NCBI GenBank assembly: GCA_047495785.1
Contig: JBLDXI010000045.1
Span: 496,001-560,000 of the forward strand
Direction of reading: 5' to 3'
Length of the DNA: 64,000 bases
Source: Lepidodermella squamata
Taxonomy: Eukaryota; Animalia; Gastrotricha
In this document: positions 11,827 through 25,100 of the stretch, piece by piece
How the letters are laid out: the number at the start of each line of letters is the position of its first letter
How positions within the stretch are numbered: the first letter of the stretch is position 1
Program-made: the position numbers and the translations under genes
Notes under the pieces: generated by a model
What the model saw: the letters and a program-made list of their open reading frames with translations, nothing else
What the model was told of the DNA's origin: nothing
Database searches by the model: none

Positions 11827-13107
11827 TATGCCCAAATTTCACTAGCGCCCACGACATAATTTATTCGATAATTATTAAGATGTGAAATAAAAAGTTCAGT
11901 ATTATGAGTAATTCTGCAAAATTATATGAACATCTCTGTAATAAAGAGGCGAGTAGTCCGTGCTAGAGACAGGTGTTTAACAATATCGACCCATGCTTGA
12001 GCGTACTTAGTATTTCAGAAAGTTTCGGAGCATTATGCGTCAAGCTATTCTCAAAATGTGTTTTCCATTGGCGGCAAAATTCATTATCGATTTCAGCTCA
12101 ATGATAGACTTAAGCGTTACACCTTTCAAACAGAAGTTGTCGACACTCGACCTAATTATGATAACCTTTTCGTCTTTTCATCTTGCGTTGAAAATGTCAT
12201 AGATGAAATGGCTAAAGCAAAATTTTTATTTGAATTCGAAAATATTTCCCAAACTTTCACCATTCTCTTTCCTTATTCTAAATGATGTTAAATTCTGAAA
12301 TGAAAATGAGATATCACATCTAATGTGTCATATTTTCTAATTGAATACTATAGAAGCCATTGCAGGTAATTTTAGAATTTTCCCAATTTTCTAGTCCTCG
12401 CCACAATTTGCGATACACGGCTATTTTTCTTTATTGGATCTTTTTATTCTTCGTAATATGCACAGTGCTCCCTGGCTCTGTGCAATTCCTCGTTATCTGC
12501 CACACTTTTAAAGCCCCCTCAAAATTGGTAATTAAATAATTTTTATTCGTGGAAGAAAGAATTATTTACAAAATCAAATTTATTGAAGTTCAAGAAAATA
12601 GCTTCATTAGCAACGCTGGCTGAGCTACAGCTTTTTTAGCAATGAAAAGGCGGTGCTTGGATCGACGCGGGGAATTTCAACAGCTAATTTGTTGCTTTTC
12701 GAATAATTTTCGCTCTCTAATAAGGAAGATTATCCCATTGATAAAGGCCTGTCTAGTTAAGTTGGAATTAGCTGAATGCGATAAACGTTTCACATGCCTA
12801 ACAAGTGGGTGACACGCATGGTCTAGTTTGCTTACTTCACTGCTGCAATAGAACGAATGCAGTAAGTACTTGATGGTAAAAACATAAAAGCCCTTATGAC
12901 GTTCGAGTATTAGCTCGAAGCTTGAACTGAGTACGCCTCTAGCTAATATTTTGGCAAAAGGCAGTTCTAGCAGACAAGGAGCATCAGGTGAAGAACTATT
13001 TTTGAATTGGCTGAAGGATGATTGGAGCACAACTTGCAATTTCCCTATAACGCGTCATCCTGTCGGGTGTTCTTTAACCGATCTTCGATGATCATGCGTT
13101 TCTGATT

Positions 13108-15687
13108 TTATTGGCAAAATACAGCGATTTTTTCATTATGTTTACAATCATGAATTCCCCAGTCTTTCGTCCGAATGCAGTCTTCGAGGCTGGTCTCCTT
13201 ACCGCTACATTGAATATCGTCCAGTATAAAGGAATTTACCAGCGATTTACCGAATGCTAAGTTCGACTTGGCACGCGTGGTCGCATTGTAGAATTTCGAA
13301 TTAAGGTAGCTAAAAAAAATGAAATAAAAACTCTTGAAAACGTTTAGTTGAGTGGAGTTTACCCGAGGCAGAGAGACCTGCAGACAACTTCGGTTGCTGA
13401 TTGGTTGAAACCATCATCGCATGCAATGCCCCACTTTGATTTATGGTAGACCTCAACAAAACCATACGAGCTATTCGTGCCTCCAGTCAACCGAATCGAA
13501 GCTGAGGGAATACCTTTCAAAATGAATAATAAGACGAAATTTCTTAATTTCGAAAGCTCTCACATTTCGACTCATTCCGCTCGCACTTCCCCGCTTCAAG
13601 CATAGCTTCCAGCACGTGATTGTAGCCCAGAGATTTAGCTAGCTTGATATGAGAACCCTCCTTCGAGCAACTCACATTATATTTGACCAGCAACAATTTC
13701 AACAAATCTATGCTTTCATGCGATATCGCGCGATGTAGCGGAGTATCACCGAGTTTGTCCGTCGAATTCAATACAAAAGCTACTTTTTCAGGCGAAAGAG
13801 CTGATAATAAGGCATTCGAGATTTGAAGGTCGAGCCTATTGCTTCTAACAGCTAGATGAACAGGTGTCCTCTGGAAACCATCCCCAACAATTATCGCCGC
13901 TTCGAGATTTGTCCTGTTTTAAGACGAGGCTATGATACCCTCAATAGCGCCAAGATTTTGCTTCAAAACAGCTTCGTGAAGAACTGTTTGGTTGGCTGAA
14001 TTTCTCGCCGAAAGATTCGCACCTCTTTCCACAAGGTCTTTCACGATTTCTAGCGAGGAGTAACGAGCCGCTATGTGCAGCGGCGTATCTCGAGTTTTCG
14101 AACCTATCGAGTTGATCCATTTCAAGCCAGCCGATTTCACCAAGATTCGAGCTGCCTCTGTTTCACCATTTCGAACAGCTAACATGAAAGGTGTTTGACC
14201 AGCACTGTCAGCTTGATCTAATAACTTGATGTAAAACGGCTGTTTCACTAGAAAATCCAACACCTCGTTGTAGCTGCTTTGAACTGCAATGTGCAGAACA
14301 TTTTGCCCGAGATCGTTCGTCGATTCGATTTTGGCGCCGTGTAACAACAGATGCCTGACCAGCGGCATGTTTTTCCGTTCCTTTATTGCGACTTGGAGCG
14401 AGGTTAGACCTATTCCGTCTTTAGATTTGTCGTTAATACCGGCGACCATATAGCTCATTTTCAGCAGGTAATCGACAAATTCGTTATCACGAGCGAAATG
14501 GAAAGCGTTGTAGCCGTTGTTGTCGACAGCCGAAGGGTTAGCATCCCAATTTTTGCAAAGATATTCAGCGAAAAAGTGGTTTGAAGCCGATGCACTCAGT
14601 AGGAAAGGTGTGCGCCCTAAAAAATTATCGGAATATTAGCAAAAAAAGAGGAAATTATTTACCCACCAGAAAAATCAAGCGCCTCGGTGAGATAGGAATT
14701 CTTTTTAATTAGGAATTCTGCAATTATTTCATCCATTTCAACTCCTTTAGAAGGTTTAGAACTGGGTAGAACATGAAGAGGGGAACTTCCCGTAGAGTCC
14801 TGAGCTTCAACCCTAACGCCAGCTTCTTCAACTAAGAATCTAACGTAGCGGAGCTGGCGATAAAATACCGCAAAGTGAAGCGGCGTTCCGTAAGCCAAAT
14901 TTTCGTCATAATAGAAGCATTTGCCAGAATTCAAGGATTCTTTCGGAATTACGTGTTTCGCGAACTCAACGCTTCCATTCATCGCTGCCCAGCATAAGGG
15001 TGTCTGGCCCTTGCCATCTAAATCATTCGCATTGAAGAAGTGAAAGAATTCGGGCAAATTGTGCTCGACAATCAAATGCGACAATTTCTTAGCTTCACGG
15101 CCACAACACGGCGCATTCTTAACAGAATCCCCGCCAAGTTTAACTATTGTTGCTAAGGCATCTAGATTCCTCGCGATTACTGCTTCGTGGGCTGGTTGGA
15201 GCCCATAAATGTCCTGGTGGTTCAAATCAGCGCCCTTTTCAACTAGAATCCCTATTAAACTGCTCGTGTCTTTTTCCGACCGCGCTGCGTAAAAAATTGC
15301 CGTTTTATTCTCGAACTGCCTGGCGTTGATAAGTTCAGAAACATTCCCCTTGATTTCAGCATGCTCCAGGATTAGCACAACGAGCTCCACGTGATTGTTT
15401 AAACTAGCCAGATGTAGGGGCTGTTCCTTCTTCTTTGTTGTACCGTTGAGCCGTGATCCTTTTTCAAGCAATAACTTGGCAACAGTTACCGAGCCATGCT
15501 CTGCAGCAGTAAGAAGTAACGACGGATCTGTGAAATTTTGCTTCGAAATGAATTCTTCCACCTTGGCAGCATCGTCACGCTTGATAGCGTCATTTATTGC
15601 CGAATAGTCGAACTTCGGCTGATCTCTGGCTTCGCAAAAAACTATCAGCGCAGAGCTGAGCAAAACGTACAGAAATTCATTAATCAT
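13108..15687 (-). CDS. Signal peptide + ankyrin repeats + C-terminal SRCR domain; contains an in-frame TAA at 13919-13921
   Basis: The leader is MINEFLYVLLSSALIVFCEA, followed by many TPLH.A ankyrin motifs and intron 14617-14666. The last exons give IRLTGG...GFVEVYH..KWGIACDDGF....VVCRSL-G...ILDDIQCSGKETSLEDC...WGIHDCKHNE.IAVFCQ* (SRCR consensus). Confidence 0.8.
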
Positions 15688-16045
15688 TGTCTGGGTTTCG
15701 TGAAATTTTAGTGCTTTACGCATGATAGCAGTTGAAAAAGCTTCGCGTGTAATTTAAATTGCGGAATTTCACGGTTCAATTAAAATGCGAATTTCAATCC
15801 TCCTCTGTTTTTTCATGACAGCCAACTGTTTCAAGGGATGGAACTATTCCAGATTTCAGAACAGGTAAATTTCAAGGTCTTCTGAGGTTACTAGTAGAAT
15901 AATTCAATGGGGCCGTGTTGTTCCGCGGTTGAACATAACCTCAAAAAAGGTCAGAATGGGTTCAGTTATTTCCAAATAAAAGCAAATAAAATCACTTCTG
16001 ATCAACATTTTTATTTGAAAATCCTATCAGAGATAAAATTGTTTT

Positions 16046-17806
16046 CTATTTGAAGTTAGCCGATAGCTCCACTTCTTTCATTAACCGTAGCACCAGTTCA
16101 TCGTGAAATGCCGGCGCCGCGATTTGAACCGCCAGCGGCAATCCAACAGAATCAGCCATCAAACCAGCTTTAATCACCCTGTGATAAGCATCGCGCTCAC
16201 CAGGGTACGCCGCCATAGCAGCCTGGTCTTCGTGGCTCACCCGGCTAACCGGCACAACGCCAGCCGGCCAGCCTAGCATATTGAACAGGCAAGTGTAAGT
16301 CGCCGCGCCTAGGCTATCACGAGGCGAACGCAAAGGCAGGGCCGGGCACGGAAAAGCCGGGCACAAAATCGCATCACATTTCGTTCCGGCAAATTTCGCG
16401 ATGAAATCAGCCCGCAATTTTGAGCATCGAGTGAAAAAATCGTTGACATCCTGAGGCCGGGAAGCTTTCTGTCGCGATCGGACGGTCTCGGCGGGAAATT
16501 TCCCGATAAAATGCCCAGCGATATACGAATAAAGATTCACGAGAAAATTCGGTAATTTTCTCAGGGTATATAGCGATTTGTTTGAGAACGCGACTTCAAC
16601 GTCGTCCTGGAACATCGCCATTTGTTTTTCAGCTCGGTCTAACGTCATTGCCTCACAAATCGCAAGGAAGCTTTCCTTGGCGCAGATTGGTCGAAATTCG
16701 ACTAATTCATGGCCTAGATTAGACAAAATGCCCCTCGCGATTGAAACGGCTCGTTTAATAGCTGGAACGCTCTCGACAACACCATTATCAAGGAAATAAG
16801 CGATTCGAAGCTTATTTTTCGCCTTGAACAAATTTTCGTTGAACTCAATCGGCACTAAAGAGCTGAATTTAAATCGGTCGAAAGTTGGTTTCGAGTATAA
16901 AATTCGGTGAACCGTGACTAGAATATCGACCTCTCGAGCTAGGAACCCACAAGCGCCGAATTGATTCAGGGCGACCCGGTTGTCGACATCGCCCGGGCAC
17001 GAGCCGCCGTATAACATGCGAGAATGGGTTGGTTTCAGGGCGACGCAACCACACCACGCCGCAGGGATCCTTAAACTGCCCCCAGCGTCGTTGCCAACGC
17101 CTAGCAACGACCCGCCGTCACTGATTAGCGCACCCTCCCCGCTAGAACTGCCACCCGGGCTTCGAGCTACGTCATTCGGGTTCGATGTCGACCCGTAGAC
17201 AGCATTTTCAGAGTCGAACGAGTCCATACTCTGGGGTAGGTTTGTCTTGCAAAACGGGACGCAGCCTGCCCATTCGAGGAAATCAATCAAAGGGCCGCTT
17301 TTCGATGACTTGAATCGGCCGATAAACGGCGCATGGCCAGCTGTTGTTTCAGTGCCTTCGATGAAAAAACACTCTTTCACAGAAACTGGCAGGCCGAAAA
17401 GCGGCTTTTTATAGGAATTTGCGGGCAATGAATCTAGATTTCGCGCGACAATTTCGGCGTCGCGTCGAAATTCTGTGATGCAATTTGTTTTATCCGAGCA
17501 ATGAATCGCTTTGTGTTGATAGGCCCACAACACCTCGGCGGCGGTTAAACGGCCCAGCTGCAGCTGAGACATTAATTGGTTGAAACTCAGAGATGCGATT
17601 TGTTTCAGTCGATCCGAATGCGGGCTTAGTTTGCATTTCAGCTCTTCTTTTGTCGTTTTCAAATCGCTTCGAAGTCGTTTTATGTTCGACCAATGACGGC
17701 GCAGTCGAATTTGTCGGCGAATAAATTGTAGAGCAAAATAGGTCATCAGAATGACTATCGCTGTTGAACCAGCCGGGTAAAAGTAAGACTGCCAAATTAG
17801 CTCCAT
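16046..17806 (-). CDS. FAAH: Fatty acid amide hydrolase-like amidase, intronless
   Basis: N-terminal TM helix. Amidase signature PLFGLPVSVKE, PGGSSSGEGA and GNDAGGSLRIPA, with the Lys-Ser-Ser triad intact. Confidence 0.88.
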   Translation of the reverse strand: MELIWQSYFYPAGSTAIVILMTYFALQFIRRQIRLRRHWSNIKRLRSDLKTTKEELKCKLSPHSDRLKQIASLSFNQLMSQLQLGRLTAAEVLWAYQHKAIHCSDKTNCITEFRRDAEIVARNLDSLPANSYKKPLFGLPVSVKECFFIEGTETTAGHAPFIGRFKSSKSGPLIDFLEWAGCVPFCKTNLPQSMDSFDSENAVYGSTSNPNDVARSPGGSSSGEGALISDGGSLLGVGNDAGGSLRIPAAWCGCVALKPTHSRMLYGGSCPGDVDNRVALNQFGACGFLAREVDILVTVHRILYSKPTFDRFKFSSLVPIEFNENLFKAKNKLRIAYFLDNGVVESVPAIKRAVSIARGILSNLGHELVEFRPICAKESFLAICEAMTLDRAEKQMAMFQDDVEVAFSNKSLYTLRKLPNFLVNLYSYIAGHFIGKFPAETVRSRQKASRPQDVNDFFTRCSKLRADFIAKFAGTKCDAILCPAFPCPALPLRSPRDSLGAATYTCLFNMLGWPAGVVPVSRVSHEDQAAMAAYPGERDAYHRVIKAGLMADSVGLPLAVQIAAPAFHDELVLRLMKEVELSANFK

Positions 17807-18276
17807 AGCTTCGTTTTTCGGTTAATTTTAACGGCCTAGGAACACAAAATATTGATAGAAAACTGGAACCCGAAATATTTGCCCCTTAAACATTTCCAAA
17901 CGCAAATCCCATGAAGTAAACAAAACGTGACCGGAAAATGGCGGTTTATACGGGTACTATAAATTTTATCTCATTTTACAGTATAAGGCTGAAGTTTGCT
18001 GTGTTATCTTTTTTTCTAATATCAGTGATAACAGTTCCAGGTCCGTCAATAAACCGATGAATCATCCGGTTGCACTCATTCAAGTCATTCGAACGTCGTT
18101 GAGCTCAACGGACCATTTCTTGGCGGACCACACTTATTACCCCTTATATCCTAGTCATGGATACCATCGAAGTGTGCCACTTGAGTGCCAAGTGCGGCAA
18201 GGTGTGGCGCATCTAATGAGACCAATTATGACCCAAATTAGCATTCCATCTTAATAGGGGGCTGCTTTAAACAGAG

Positions 18277-18525
18277 CGGTCCGCTAAACCAGGGTCCGCT
18301 GAGCTCCAAAAACCCCGGCTTTGTTGAACTCGGCGGACCCAATTTAGCGGACCAAATCAAGTTGTAGTACTTGGATGTTTGCAACCGCCAGAGTGAGGCT
18401 AAATAGCTCAGGTGTGCATAGTAGGTCATTGGATGGCACTTTTCATGGGGAATCGACTAATCATATGGCACACCTCCGACCTAGTCCGAAACACTGGTCC
18501 GCTAAAATTTGGTCCGCTGAACTCT
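18277..18525. repeat. Cluster of direct and inverted GGTCCGCT-based motifs, probable MITE remnant
   Basis: ggtccgctaaa....ggtccgctga occurs near 18279 and 18496, with an inverted copy near 18331-18354. Confidence 0.45.
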
Positions 18526-19618
18526 GCGACGTGTCATTCGATTTTAATTTTAAAATTTTTATTACCATTCGATCATTTCTTGTCTCTCGATGTAGTACAC
18601 GTCGGTAGATGAGACTGGTTCTTAGACGCAAGAAAAATTCCGCGCTATAAGGCGGGTAAAAATTATTCCAATCTATCTTGTTATTGCTTTTTAATTGACA
18701 AGAGTCACTATATATATGGCCGCGGCAGTATTCGATTTCAACCACGCAAAGAGATACCAGCGTCGTATAAATTGATTGGCTCCGCCGGGCGCCAAAGTGT
18801 TTCAAACACGTTATTCCCCAGCGGCGCGCGACTCACTAAACAGCACCGTGCTTCGCCGCTACTGCCCAATGCACATCTCAAATGTCAAACAGCGGCTTCA
18901 CATTTCACAATACGAGACATGTGGTACATCCTGGCACAGCCGGATTCAAGTTTTAAAATCGAGCCTATGCTCATTCTTCTAAAATCATCTTTAGAATCTT
19001 TAGAAATCTCCAGAATTTGGTTTCCGGAAATCTAACCTCCTTTCCGTAATTCTGAAGTACACAAAGCTGTCCCCAAATTCTAACCTTTCGTTCCCAAAAA
19101 TGTCACTTCGTTCCTATTTTCATGTCTTAATCGAAAACCCTAATCATCCGCTGTCGCAAGAATTCTTAAAAATCGTGGAAAACGCCACAAAAAGTTCGAA
19201 TTCGAGACATTTTTATAATATTGATCTGAATTTTAAATGGTTGTTCGAATTTGCATCCCCGAATTCAACTTTCCGTCCCCAAACCTAAATTACACAAAGC
19301 CCTCTCATACTCTAATCTTTCGTTCCTAAATCTAACCTTTTGACCCGAAAAATGACTTTGCAGCCCCAAGTCACTTGAATCGAGTACTTGACAGCCCCAA
19401 ATGCTTGTTTCTAGGGTTAAACTTGGGGATGAAAAGCTATTAACCATTTTTTAAATTGAGTGCTCAGTAGCTGGAGTCGTAAACTGAGTCTAAAATCGAA
19501 TTATCCCATTTTTTATTTAGTTCCAGTATCAGACCTCGAGAATCTCAAAAACATTGAATCTTCTTTCTTTTATTTCAATGATAGTTTTGAATAGATTTCA
19601 AAGGAGTGGCATATAGTA

Positions 19619-21502
19619 ATGGTAGTGGCGTATTTCGTCAATCACCTTCAATTGCAGGACGGTACGCCGACCCAGAAGCAAAAACAGCAGGCGAAGCAGG
19701 CGCAGGAACGAGCAGCAGCTGCCGTAGCGCAGGCTGGCGCGGCAGCAACCGGCGGGCGTATAATAACGATACCGCCGACGACGACGCAGCGCGCTAATGC
19801 GACTACGCGCGCGTCCATTCTGTCGTCATTCATCGCGACGACGTCGTCAGTCACTGCTTCTATAGCGGCGGGTAAGGACAGCAAGGAATCGGCGCAAGCT
19901 ACTACTACTGCTAAGGCGCCAGTTGACGGCGAATCGCTAGGATTCGACATACCGTGGTCGACTTACGTCGAACTATTCAACGAAGTGGATTCAGATTGGT
20001 GAGCTATTGGGTTTTTTTTTGGAAATTGAAGCAAATACCTAATCAAATCCGCGGAGAATAATATGATAGCTTTAACTTGAGTCATAGAAAAACTAATCAA
20101 ATACTTGTAGGATTTTTTTATGCCAACGTACAATTTCACTTATTTTGAAGCAAAATTTAGAATCTATATCCATCGAATTATCAATTTTTCTTTTGAATCT
20201 AATGACTGAAAAGCGAGCTTCAGTAAAATTGGGATGCAATTCGCTGTGTTTTGAGCAAATTTGAATTTGACATGAATCTGGGCAGTAGGTTTTTCAAACT
20301 GTTTTTTTTTCGTACTTCGACCACGTGTCAAGAAGCTATGAAATTTTGTTTATTTTTTTATTTTTTTTTACTCCGAGATTATTAAATAAAAATGATACCT
20401 CAAGTTTAAGGTAGCGATAAATCAACCCAGCCCAATTTTCTGAGTCCGCAATAAATTTTATAAAATTTCAGATACCATTTTTACAGAGCCTTTTCCTACA
20501 AGTTTACTGACATTTTTGTGAAACCCTAGTAGCGTAGTTCTTTATCAGAAATTGCGAAGGCCCACTTATTTTATGTAAATTGACAACATATTCTCTGGAT
20601 TTGATCATTTTGTTCATTCCAAGGTATTTACGCTCATTGCCTTTATTATTTTCAGGTGGATTTGGTTGGTCGTGGGCATTATCGCCCTGGCCGTGGTCGG
20701 AATATGCATCGCAATCGTGTGCTGGTGCGCGCTAGCCCGACCTCGAGGCGGTGTTGCTATGAACCAACAGCAAAATAACAACCAACAATCAAACGAACAG
20801 ACTAATATCGTCAAGCGTGTTTTCTTCCACGGAAGGTAAGGACATAATTTTTCAAATATCGTTGAGAATTTTATGTAAAACCATGAAAAAATTCAGACCA
20901 AATGAATCAAGAATGTCCCTATCTACCATATCGTGAGTTGAGTGTGTGCTCAGCTTGTTAAATAACAGCTTTCGCTACATAACACTTGCCATAAAATTCA
21001 TGATAAAACGAATTTAATTGATTTTACTGAAATTTAAGAACACCGAGTGAGCTTGAGACACCAACGCCCATGCCATACAACCGGAGACGCTCACCGCCAC
21101 CTACAGATCGGGGCCCTATTCCTTCGGCTTATTACGTAATATTTCAAATCATCAAATAACTTGGAATTGATTCAAAATTGTTTTTAGCATGAAAAACGAC
21201 GCGAGGTGGTGTTACCAGCGCGGTCTATGCCGCCGCCACCCTCAGCTCAACAGGTTATGCAACAAGCTCCGCCCCCTGGCTATGCAAATCCAGCTAAAAT
21301 GCCATTAGGCGCACCCTCGAAACCGACGGCAGCCCCGCCTCAGATAAAAATTCAACAACCGACCCCTCAACAAGCAGCCGGGTTGCCGATGCCGCCTTAC
21401 AATAATAAGGCCCCAGCCCCGGCGCCTGCTTTGCCTAATGTTAACAAGGACGTGTCACAGTCATTCTCAAGAAATCGACCGGGTTATTATGAAAAATATT
21501 AA
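19619..21502 (+). CDS. Single-pass membrane protein with Thr/Ala-rich ectodomain and Pro-rich tail; 5' end uncertain
   Basis: Exons ~19619-19999, 20656-20834, ~20897-20931, ~21039-21135 and ~21188-21502 splice in frame. The TM segment is WWIWLVVGIIALAVVGICIAIVCWC and the protein ends PGYYEKY. Confidence 0.65.
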
Positions 21503-22174
21503 TTAAAAATTAAACTTGGTTAGAAATGATTTTATACCAGATATTGCCGCATTACTTCGAATAAATCATCATTGATTTTTTTCAGCCATTTTTTTATATG
21601 AAACCTATAATTAAAGCCGAATTATTCAAAACGAATCAAACCATTCGAAATCGTTTTATTCATCTCTTCAATTGAATTGGCAGCTGCTAATGATATTAGC
21701 AAACGATTTTTGTCAGCAACATTTTTTCTTTTTATATTATAGACGTATCAATGTACACGCAGGCCAGCACGGTAGAAGATGCGATAAATATTGTTGTGTA
21801 GTAAAATTGGGCACCTCGCTTTGAAATTTTTTTAGCTCTACAGCGTTAAGTATTCGGCCGAAAGTAAGAGGCACCGCAGCGAGAGAAATTATAGTTATAA
21901 CAAGAAAATGAAGCACAACTTGTGTCTTGGTTGTTTTAGTAGTGGTAGCTTATTCATCAAGGTCATGACATTTTACAGAACACCGACACCAAACATTTTT
22001 TTGAAACAACAAAATGGCGATTTGAGCAAGTAATTCATCATCATTATTAATCGCGTAGAAAACAGCGCGCACCAAGGCGACTAGGAAGGAAATTGCATCG
22101 AAAAACTTCGTATTTTACACATATTATTTCAATTATATATATATTTTTTATACAAACAAAACAGAACAAAATGT

Positions 22175-25100
22175 TTAGACGCGCTTTTTACGACTCGAAC
22201 CCGGCGCTTTGGCTTGGCGTTGTTGCGGGTGAGGGCGGCGCGACGTTTCTTGAGACGGCGCAGCGCCTTCTTCGGCGTTGCTTTTAAACATCGCGATGAT
22301 TTCATCTAACCGGGTGATGCTCGCTCGCGGCGGCGCGGCTTCCGACTCAGCGGCCGCGGCACTTTGTTCGGCCCTCGCTGAATTTTTCGTCTGTCTCGCT
22401 CGAGTTTGCACCGCGGAGGAAGAGCGACCGCTCGATGTGGCGCGCATCACGCCGACCGAGGCGCGAATGACCTCGGGTTCAGGCCGTGCCCTCGCCGCGG
22501 CTATTGTCTCTTCGATTTGCGCCTTCTGAGCCCTTGAAGTAGCACCTGTCTTGCGTTGCGGTTTATTCGCAGTATGACGGCCACGAGAATTGCGACCTGA
22601 AACAGTAAAAAGGTTATTGCAGACTAAGCCAAAGCAAAGCAAATCTAAAAAATCTATAATTGAAGTGACCCAGAAAAAAATTCAACTGAAAATTATGTGC
22701 TCATCAAAATTATATCTACGATGTGAAATTACTTTTCCTAGGTATATAGCCCACCATTATCGTTGAAAGTCACGCGTGAAAATCAGCAAGAAATCTGGAA
22801 AATTCTCAATTTACTCGTTCAAAGCACTTTCACGGCAAGCTTTATTTTCATTATTGGAGACGCCAATACCAGTGTACCAGTCCCTGTTAGGACATAGGAA
22901 AAGTATTCTCGAAGAGGCATTCAGATCAAAACTCAATTTCAATCTCCCTTAATCCCAATCCCCCTTCCCCAATTCCTTAATCTCCAATTATGCAATAAAT
23001 GTAGAGGTTAGGGATGGCTGAGAATTTTTTTATTTTTACCGAAGTTTCAAAGATTTTAGGATTTTTTAATCAATTTTTAAATCCTTTGTAACCCATTTTT
23101 GGTTTGTGACTAATAACCGCCGATTTCCTCTTATACTTGAAATTCGAGACAAAATACTGATGAAACTATTAACAAACCTGAATTTCTACTCGTATTTCGT
23201 TCGGGTGACTCTTCGGCAGATTTAACCGGCGATTCAGGCGGCGAAGCAACTTCATCAATCTGTAGCCGTTGCTCCTCCTCTTCCTCGTCCTCCTCGATTT
23301 CTTCCTCAGTCACCTGATCGTTGTCACCCGTAGTAGCTGTCACCGTAGCGGCGTTTTGAACAGGTTGCTGAGGCTGCATAAGAGCGGCCGCGTTCTTCGA
23401 CTCCCGCCACCGCATCAAAACTTCAGCCATTTCAGCATCAGCAGCTTCATCGGCATCGCTGTCCTCCTCACTCGCATTACCAGGTAATTCTTCCTCTTCC
23501 TCCTCTTCAGAACCTTCCTCGGTCTGATCGCCCTCATCGGCGTCGCGAAGTAGGGCCAGCGCCTCTTCCTCCTCCTGAGACATAGCTTCTTCCTCCTCAA
23601 ATTCTGGCTCGGGGACGTGTTTCCTCGGTACACCTTTCCGACTCCGCTTAGCGACCGGCTCTTTCTTCGGTTTCGCAGCGGCTGATCGACCACGTTTCGC
23701 CGCTGCCCCACGCCCTCTACCGCCCTTACCACCACGACCCACCGCGTTTTCATCGGTCTTCTTCTGACGCTTCGGCACAGGCTTAGCGACCTCTTCCTCC
23801 GTCTCATCGGCGTCTTCATCGCTGTTTTCTTCGTCATTTCCCTCATCTTCCGAGCTTTCAATCGGCTCAGCGCCCTGATCTTCAGCCGAGTACGTGTGAT
23901 CCTCTGGCGCTTGTTTCAAGGTCCACCGGCGCAGTCGAGACCGGCCCTGGCCTTCGCCGTGGCCGCGCGTCGGGGCGGTTTTCATGCTCATGAGAGCATT
24001 CGCGACGTCGACATCCGTGATTTCTCGATCAGCCGTGTTACTCGCTCCGAATTCATCGCCGGGCGTCGGACTTTGCCCGTTATTACTGCAGTACGGGTAC
24101 TGGCCATACGGCTGGGCGGTGACCCGTTTGAGCGCGTGCAGCAAATTAGGCCGGAAGACGGGGTCGACGCACCACAGCGAGCCCTTGCTATTGAACTGTA
24201 AGTAAACAAATCAATATTATTGATAGCGTCTAGCGCAGTGATTTTCGAGTGACAATGCGCCCATCAGGCGCTTCTTCGCGCCAGGTGAAAGGCGGGCAAA
24301 TACGGCGACGCTTTGATTTGAAAACATCTGCCTGTTGACAAAGAAGCGCCACGCCAGCAAATGTATCGATGATGATCGATAATTGCAATAATTTGGCGCG
24401 TCTTAGCAAAATTGAGTCATTTGCAGCATGAAATTAAGCAATAAGTAGTGATACAATTTACAATTTTCTATCTTGCCCGATTATTTTCGGAAAATTCGGG
24501 GAAAATTAATTTGACAGAAACATAAAATTAGGCTAGAAATTCGGAAATTCTTGAAGCAAACAGCCCAAAAAGGCTGAAATTCGCAATTTTAAAGGGGTAT
24601 TGGTCTGCGGCAAATCAGTTCTCAAAGAATTTCTAAAAAACAATTATTGAGCTGGAAAAGCGAAAAAATAAATTAACTGCAAAGGACGAATTTGATGGCC
24701 TTTGAACTTGAGAATTCAATCAAATTCTTCCAATTTAATTAATTTAAAATTCACGATTTTTTGAAAAAATAAATAATAGATATGAGCCGCGACAAGTGAA
24801 AACCGTAGCTTACGCACTTGTGAGAAATTTTCACAAGAACGCAAAGAAGGCTTGGTAGGTGAATTTTGTCAAAATCGACTTTTCAGGATTTTCTAGGGCA
24901 GTTTTTCATGAGGAATCTGCTGGTGTAATCCGATTTTCTCTGCGATGCACAGTTTTCATGCTATAACCTAAAAATGCGAGTGCGTCAAAAAACATGAAAT
25001 TTACGCATTTTTCCTAGTTTTTGTGGTAAATTTGGGGTGCGCGTAAAACTTTTTACCATTACATTTTTCGAGCGAGAACACTATATTCATTTCAAAGCTT

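Noticed and set aside
12677-13039. 120-aa ORF downstream of ANK-SRCR
   Set aside because: Non-ATG start and no motif. The SRCR gene already terminates at 13108.
18277-19360. Short dispersed repeats as a CRISPR-like array
   Set aside because: Spacing is irregular, orientations are mixed, the context is eukaryotic and there are no cas genes.
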